A DNA stretch of 44,943 nt from NCBI RefSeq assembly GCF_004010195.1, contig NW_025215310.1:45752-90694 (forward strand). Reading direction: 5' to 3'. The stretch comes from Chiloscyllium plagiosum. Lineage: Eukaryota. The notes under the pieces were generated by a model. It saw only the letters and a list, made by a program, of their open reading frames with translations, had not been told where the DNA came from and did no database searches. The translations under genes and the position numbers were made by a program. How positions within the stretch are numbered: position 1 is the stretch's first letter; every line of letters begins with the position of its first letter. Positions 38,020 through 44,943 of this stretch are shown one piece after another.

Positions 38020-39390
38020 TAGTTGAAAAAGTCTTTAATCTGCATACAATCCGGCTAACCTCGAGGAAGTACAGAGCCGGTAGTAGGCATTATTGTTCAT
38101 AAAAAGGAACTGGACATTCCTCTTCAAACAGAGTGCCCGGGTTGAAATGTCAGAACGTTATGCCAAACGTGTACCAAACTGTGGTTAGATCATGCTTACA
38201 TATTGCATGCAGCGCTGTTCACTGTATTATCAAACATGTTAAAAAAGACGAAATTCAGAATTACCCCTTTAAAATTACAGAGCAGGCCATGTCAAACTGA
38301 GATCAGAGGAATCGCTTGCCTCAGAGAGTAGTTAGCCTGTGAAATTCTCTACCACAGGAAGTAGATGAAGGGGAAAAACCCACTGAAACTGCTCAAGAAG
38401 AAATTAGATAAATTTCTTATGTCTGAAGGGGTCGAAGGGAGAATGTGTGATCACTATTCATGATCTTAATGAATAGTGGAGCAGGCTGCAAAGGTTAAGT
38501 GGCGTATTGACAGAAATTATTGCTCAGTTGCAATTTACTACTCAACAGTTTGTTGTTTGTGTTGTGCTTTGCAAAGATTTAACTGGTCTGCTGCCACCCC
38601 GTTCTAACTTTCCCTGTGGAGAAACTCCCTGCACATTGATGATCAAAGGTGTTACACCACAGGGAGTGAGACACTGAACAGTGATAATCTAAGGAATGAT
38701 TTTCCCAGTGATGACAGTGTGAGGGGTATGAGGTGCAGGAGGTAGAGAATAAGGCAAATGATATGTCGACCGTCATAGAGTGAGGATTTGTGTATAGGAG
38801 CTTCACTGCAATTGTCCAGGGACTTGGTGAGATCACATTTGATACTGAGTGCAGTTTTGATGTTAACTGATGACAGATGCTTTGACTGTAGAGGGATTGT
38901 ATCAAAGCTGTACCAAACTGATTCCTCGGATGTTGGAAAAATGTTTGAAAAGAGACTGATTTAGCTAGAGTTACATTTATTGGAGTTGAGAAGAATGGGG
39001 TAGAGGGGTGGATCTTGTAGAAACCTATGAAATAATAACACGACAAGACAGGAAAAATATAAGAAGAATATTCCTGATGACCGGAGCATTCAGACGCATA
39101 GTTCATGCTCAAAGAATATGGGATAGACCATTTAGAATTGTGCAGATGAGATACTTCTTCATTCAGACAGTGTTGAGCCTATAGAATTCTCTGCCACAGG
39201 AGATGGCTAAGGCCAAAACATGAAACGTTTTTGAGGAGTTATATATAGCTTTAGCACTAACGAAATCAAAGTTATGGGAGAAAGTGGGACCAGAGTACTG
39301 AGTTGAATGACCAGCCATGATCATATTGAATAACATGGCAGGCCTGATGGACTGAATGGCCTACAGCTGCTATTTTCCATGTTTCTACAC
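38020..39390 (+). mobile_element. CR1 LINE 3' fragments (~38020-38520 and ~38870-39390)
   Basis: cagagagtagttagcctgtgaaattctctaccacag; ggatcttgtagaaacctatgaaat; 3' UTR ccatgatcatattgaat...gaatggcctac. Confidence 0.75.
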
Positions 39391-41416
39391 GTTTTTTCTT
39401 CGGGATATGTAAAGAACTGGAGATAGAATAAGTGTGCACCTTCATTCAGAGGGAAATCCTAGGACTGATGGGGGGTGGGGGGGGGGGGGGTGGGCGGTGG
39501 TGAGGGTTAGTAAAGGTAAACGTGAAAGTTCTGTCATAGATTTAATTGCCTGTTACACTTTGACCCTGAGTACTGTTGCCTCACTCTGATTCACTGCTCA
39601 GTGTAAGATTTGTCTGAACTAATTATTCTTTGCCAACCTTTTTTTTTATCTCTGTTGCAAAGTCCACTGTGCTCATGTTTTGACAGGAATAGTTGTTGAT
39701 TGAAACTGCCGCTATGCATAGTCTGATAAACTGTCAATTCCACTTGAAATGCAATTGAAGTCATCTTAAAGGCAGATGCAGCATTATTTCACTGTTTAGC
39801 AGGCACTGAACACAGTTTGGTGAGGTCTGCACTGTGCTGTTGTACATCCCTGGTAATCCCTGCTGCAGTTCACAGTCTGAAGGTTGGCAGCTGGCCAACT
39901 TCATCCCAGTTTCAAATTTTCCTTCAGTTTCATCCACAATAAAATGCTCCTATCAAGCAGATGATTCACATTGAAAGGCTTTGAGTCATAACTGCATTCA
40001 GTGAGGCCCAGAAAATCTCCTGATTTTAAATATTTGTTCTCCTGTTTCATCAGGGCATGCCACTAGATTTCACAGTCCAGTGTGCATGCTCCCTGGAGTC
40101 CCTCATCCCGGTCATCTGAGTAGACCTAACTTCAGGTGATCACATATTAGTCAAAGCCTAATGCATATCACCGCAACTCTTGCACATCCCTCTGTTGCAT
40201 GTCATAGTGCCTTACAGCTTCACCTTGGGCTGATGGCTCCTCAATGACCTTCTATGAGGAAAGAAAAGGCAATGGAATGCGGTCTGAACGTTTGCACAGA
40301 GAAATCACAGATAGTGATGGATCAATGGGGGAAAATGCTTGGAATAAATTTGAAGAGAAATCTCTTTCAGAGATTTAATTGCTCTGCAGTAAATCTTGCA
40401 AATTCAAATCTGACCCCTGAACACTATTGCCTCAGTCTCCTGGGTTAAACAGTTTCGTTTCACTTTGAAACCAACTATATCATTTACTCACTGCCATTCC
40501 CTGGACCTTATTTCCTTCTTGATGTATTTATCCTTCAATTTCTGACACAAAACTTGTAAACACTTCTATAAATCTTCATTTGGTTTTTCACAGTGTTTCA
40601 ATTCCCTTTTTTTTCATCTGGTTAGCAGAACTGTATACAATTATCTGAAGTGTGGTCTAAACGAGCCTGGATGCAGGTTTGTTACAACGTCCTTACTTTT
40701 TTCTCCAGATATGCAACAGAATATTGCTTTAACTATATGTTTAATTATCAACAGCATATATGTTCCACTCCTCACAGCGTGTGCCAAGCTTGGACTTGTC
40801 AGGGTGACCAGCATCAAATTTTCTGTATTCCAAGTATTATATTTCATGATATCTTAATACTCAGTTCAGCCTTGTCATTCGGGGTCTCATTAAATAGTCA
40901 TCTGCTTGCAAGGTTCCCATGGCTTAAGATTCCCATCTCAGAGGTATCTCACTTATCAGGGGGGCATCAACTCTGAGTGACCATCATTGCTCAGTCAGCC
41001 TTGTTGCTCAAGGCTCTCACTGCCCAGGGAGTCTCACTGCATAGGCAGTGTAACTGCTCAGGGAACCTTACTGGTCAGAGGAAATCACTGCTCAGACAGT
41101 CTCAAGGCTCAGTGAGGCTCAATCCCCAGGAACTGTCACTGTTCAGGGGGCCTAACTGATCAGGGCAAATCACTGTTCAGGGCATTTCATTACTCAGGGA
41201 CTACCAGCGTTTGCTGAGTCTCGCTGCTCAGGAAGTCTCAAGGCTCAGGGAGTCCCACTGCTCAGGAGATCTACTGATCAGGGCAAATCACTGCTCAAGG
41301 AGTCTCATTGCTCAGGGCTACTAGCGTTTAGTGAGTCTCATTGCTCAGGGAGTCTCACTGCTCAGGGAGTGTCAGTGCTCAGTGGGACCACACCAATCAG
41401 GGCAAATTACTGCTCT

Positions 41417-42497
41417 GTGAGGATGAGTTTATTGAAGAAGTGACAGGGAAAATTGATGAAGAGACAGTGGTGAACCTTTTCTATGTGGGCTTCAGGTAAA
41501 CTTTAGATAAGGTTCCCCATGTTAGATTGGTTANNNNNNNNNNNNNNNNNNNNNNNNNNNNNNNNNNNNNNNNNNNNNNNNNNNNNNNNNNNNNNNNNNN
41601 NNNNNNNNNNNNNNNNNNNNNNNNNNNNNNNNNNNNNNNNNNNNNNNNNNNNNNNNNNNNNNNNNNNNNNNNNNNNNNNNNNNNNNNNNNNNNNNNNNNN
41701 NNNNNNNNNNNNNNNNNNNNNNNNNNNNNNNNNNNNNNNNNNNNNNNNNNNNNNNNNNNNNNNNNNNNNNNNNNNNNNNNNNNNNNNNNNNNNNNNNNNN
41801 NNNNNNNNNNNNNNNNNNNNNNNNNNNNNNNNNNNNNNNNNNNNNNNNNNNNNNNNNNNNNNNNNNNNNNNNNNNNNNNNNNNNNNNNNNNNNNNNNNNN
41901 NNNNNNNNNNNNNNNNNNNNNNNNNNNNNNNNNNNNNNNNNNNNNNNNNNNNNNNNNNNNNNNNNNNNNNNNNNNNNNNNNNNNNNNNNNNNNNNNNNNN
42001 NNNNNNNNNNNNNNNNNNNNNNNNNNNNNNGTTGGAGGGTTTGAGTGAAATGCAGAGAGTGAATCGGCTGAAGCTGATTAACCTGGAGTGTTGGAGACTG
42101 AGGGGTGACCTTATAGAGGTTTATAAAATCATGAGGAGCCTAGATAGAGTGAATAGCCAAGATCTTTCACCCAGAGTAGGGGAGTCCAAAACAAGAGGGC
42201 ATAAATTTAAGTTAAGAGGGGAAAGATATTAATGGGACTCAATGAGCAATATGTGCATTCACAGGATGGTGCGCGTAAGGATGGTGAGTATATAGTATGA
42301 GCATCCAGAGATGGACACTGGTACAATTACCACATTTCACAGTCATCTGGATTGGGTCATGGTTAGAAAGGGTTTGGAGAAATATAGCAGCAAATGATGC
42401 CAAATGGGACGAGACTAATTTAGTACATCTGGTCGTCAGGGACAAGTTGGTCATTAGGATATGTTTCTGTGGTGCACAAATCGATTAATCTATGACT
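41417..42497 (+). mobile_element. CR1 LINE fragment (contains gap 41534-42030)
   Basis: gagtttattgaagaagtgacagggaaaattgatgaa (EFIEEVTGKIDE); LECWRLRGDLIEVYKIMRSLDRV...TRGHKFK. Confidence 0.85.
41534..42030. other. Assembly gap (N run)
   Basis: Continuous N bases. Confidence 1.
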
Positions 42498-43904
42498 GTC
42501 ACTGCTCAGGGAGTTTCGTTGTTCAGATAATCTCATTGCTCCGTGAGTCTCAAGGCTCAATGATTCTCAAGGCTCGGGGATTCTCAAGGCTGTGACAGTC
42601 TCATTGCTCAGTAAATCTCTCTGCTCAAAGAACCTTATTGATTAGGGAAAATTACTGTTCAGGGAGTCTCAGAGTTCTGGGAATCTCACTGGTCAAGAGA
42701 CCTAACCAATTAGGGCAACTTTCAGGTTACAATGGGATCTTGTTCTGGTGCATCAGTGGGTAAAGGAGTGATGGTTCGAGAGTAATTTAGATAAATGTGA
42801 GCTATTGACCTCTGTCACTACTTGTTGCCTGCTGAGATGTCTGTCAGGCCTCTTGGTTCCCTGCAGATACAGGACATCTCTCCGCATTTTCATCTCTTCC
42901 AACAAGAACTCCATTGCAATATCTGAAAATCTTATCGTACAATCTACCAGTCATGCTCAATCTCCAGCTGAAAGTCTACTATGATATTCATGTCTAAAAA
43001 CAACTTACCTCTGTACAAGCTTTCAAATCAACAAGTAAATCACATCAGGACTATCTTGCCAATGCTCTGCATACAATTTATACTTTAGGTAAATATTGTA
43101 AATACTCTTGACTTGGAACTAAATTGCTACTTCATTGTCACTGCATCAAAATCACAGAACTTCCTCCTGAACAACATTGTAGGTGTGCTTGCACCAAATG
43201 AAATGCTAAAATTAAAGAAGGTGCCTGACTACCTTTTCCTGACAGATAATTTTTGATGCTTGCCCATTACTGAAGTCCATATTCTCTATATAAATTTGAA
43301 ACTGAAATGATAGCTGGAAGAAGCAGCTAACTGATAGGTAGTTCATGATATCTTCAAGCAGAAGTAGTAGAAGTTGAGTGTTTGTCTTGCGTGTCATCAT
43401 CATTATGGTCAGAGCCCAATGACTCCCCATTGCATTGTTATGATTGCCATAGAGATTTAGAATTCAATGAATTGCTTAAATATCCACAGAAGCAATTAAA
43501 GAATAACATTTCATATTTTAAGATTTTTGTTATAGTTAACAAAGCAATACATCCACAGATCAAACATTAGTTGCTTTACAATCAGTGAAGCATAGTGCGA
43601 AAATGTTTTTTATTACAAACTAAATAATACAATTAAGATATTTCTTGTGATCATCTTTTGCTGTGCATAAAACATTCTACAGATTTGTAGTGTTGATGAT
43701 GGAATGGAGAATATCTTTATTGCCAGCTAAGAAAGAATGGGCTGTTGCCTGTCAGGTGGTAGTTCTTTCTAAATACCATAACAGAATTCTTCATGCTGGT
43801 CACAAATTCCAATAGCACGTCAATTTGTTATCACAAGCCAAAAGGCAAAAGTAAGTTCGTGTCCAGGATTAGATAAAGATACAATGAAACATTTCCAAAA
43901 GCAT

Positions 43905-44445
43905 GGCATACAAGCAGGAATAGGTAATTCCGCCCTTTGTTACTGCTCCTTCATTCATTATGATCATGGCAGATCATCCAACCCTTTCCTGCTTTTCTTC
44001 TATATCTTTTGATCTGTTTTTTCCACAACTGCTGTAACAACTTCCATCTGGAAATCCTAACATGATTTTGGTCTTGATTCCTTTCTGTATTCATGAACTC
44101 CACAGGCTCACCTGTCATTGGGTGAAGGAATTTCTGATCTCAGTCCTAAATAGCCTACCTTATATCCTTAGATTTTAACCCTTGGTTCTGGATTCACCCG
44201 CCATCAAGAAAACCCTTCCTTCATCTGCCCTGTCTAGCCCTGCTAGAATTGTATAGGTTTCAATGAGATTATCATCCCCTTCCCTTAGTCTGCTGAATCA
44301 ACCTCCCCTCATACTTCAATCCTGCCATTCTCGGAAACAGTCTGATGAACATTCACTGTACAGCCTCTATCGCAGTAATATCCTTCATTACATAAGGAGA
44401 ACAAAGCTCACATAGAATTCCATGGCTGTTCTCACCAAAGTCCTG
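43905..44445 (-). mobile_element. CR1 LINE 3' fragment
   Basis: Reverse-complement CR1 3' UTR and RT end (catgaactccacaggctcacc, aattccatggctgttctcaccaa). Confidence 0.75.
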
Positions 44446-44523
44446 TTAAGTAGTGGCCTAACCCAATCATTCATTTGTCTACTATTTATTCCAATACCAG
44501 TTTTCAAAGAGCCATTGAGAAAA

Positions 44524-44855
44524 GGATGGTGGCTCAGTAATTAGCGTTGTTGCCTCACAGTACCTGAGACCAGGGTTCGATTCTAGCCTCAGGCAAATGT
44601 CTGTGTGATGTTTGCACTTTCTTCCTATGTATGCATGGGTTTCCTCCGGGTACTCCAGTTTCCTTCCACATACCTGAGATGTGCAGATCAGTGGGTTAGC
44701 TATGAAAAATTACTCACAGTGCCCACGGATAAGCAGAGTAAATGGATTAGCCATGAGAAATGCAGGGTTAGGGTGGATCTATGTGGGATGCTGTTCAGAG
44801 GGTCAGTGTGGATTCATGGTCTGATGGCCTTTTTCCATACTGTAGGAATTCTATG
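44524..44855 (+). mobile_element. HE1/V-SINE-type SINE
   Basis: ggtggctcagtaattagc...cagggttcgattc...gtttgcactttc...; tail actgtaggaattctatg. Confidence 0.88.
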
Positions 44856-44943
44856 AAAGACATCCTCCCTGAACTATGCTTCCCAGATTTGAACAAAGAT
44901 GTCCTATCTCGGGCACGGTGAGCAATTCATGCATGTTTAGCTT

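Larger units (their letters stand above)
40960..42720. repeat. 17-bp minisatellite (GAGTCTCACTGCTCAGG) with ~119-bp higher-order period, split by a CR1 insertion
   Basis: Units visible at 40960-41416 and 42498-42720; the variant cagggcaaat recurs at 41161, 41279 and 41398. Confidence 0.88.

Noticed and set aside
36983..39112. ORFs of 178 aa (36983-37519) and 177 aa (38579-39112)
   Set aside because: They overlap the Penelope 3' UTR and antisense CR1 respectively, and show no recognisable domains.
40960..41416. Regularly spaced repeats as a CRISPR-like array
   Set aside because: The units are head-to-tail with no unique spacers, there are no cas genes, and the context is vertebrate.

Overview
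Repeat-rich vertebrate genomic DNA from a draft scaffold with four N-gaps. The repeat content (HE1/V-SINE-type tRNA SINEs, abundant CR1 LINEs, shark-type Penelope elements) and the GPCR family point to a cartilaginous fish, probably a shark (inference). The first ~11.6 kb is a strongly strand-biased, decayed 8-mer tandem repeat (GAACATAA/GAGAATAA) peppered with TE insertions. The only clear host gene is a two-exon GPR139/GPR142-like class A GPCR (28607-31176, +). Its exon 2 is intact but the exon-1 splice donor reads ATAAGT instead of GTAAGT. Best observations: (i) two ~0.3 kb palindromic mini-Penelope insertions with target-site duplications and a hammerhead-ribozyme core on each strand; (ii) a 2-kb internally deleted class I (gamma/epsilon-like) ERV with a 4-bp TSD, a myristoylation-motif gag remnant, ~3.5% divergent LTRs and apparent TG...TA termini, nested in a Penelope element with inverted ends; (iii) an unexplained double-open-frame segment at ~23.9-24.3 kb; (iv) a 17-bp minisatellite with a ~119-bp higher-order period. 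No prokaryote-type system (CRISPR, operon) is present, and I cannot claim a wholly new biological system. Repeat-family names are recognised from memory, not from database searches, and most LINE boundaries are approximate.
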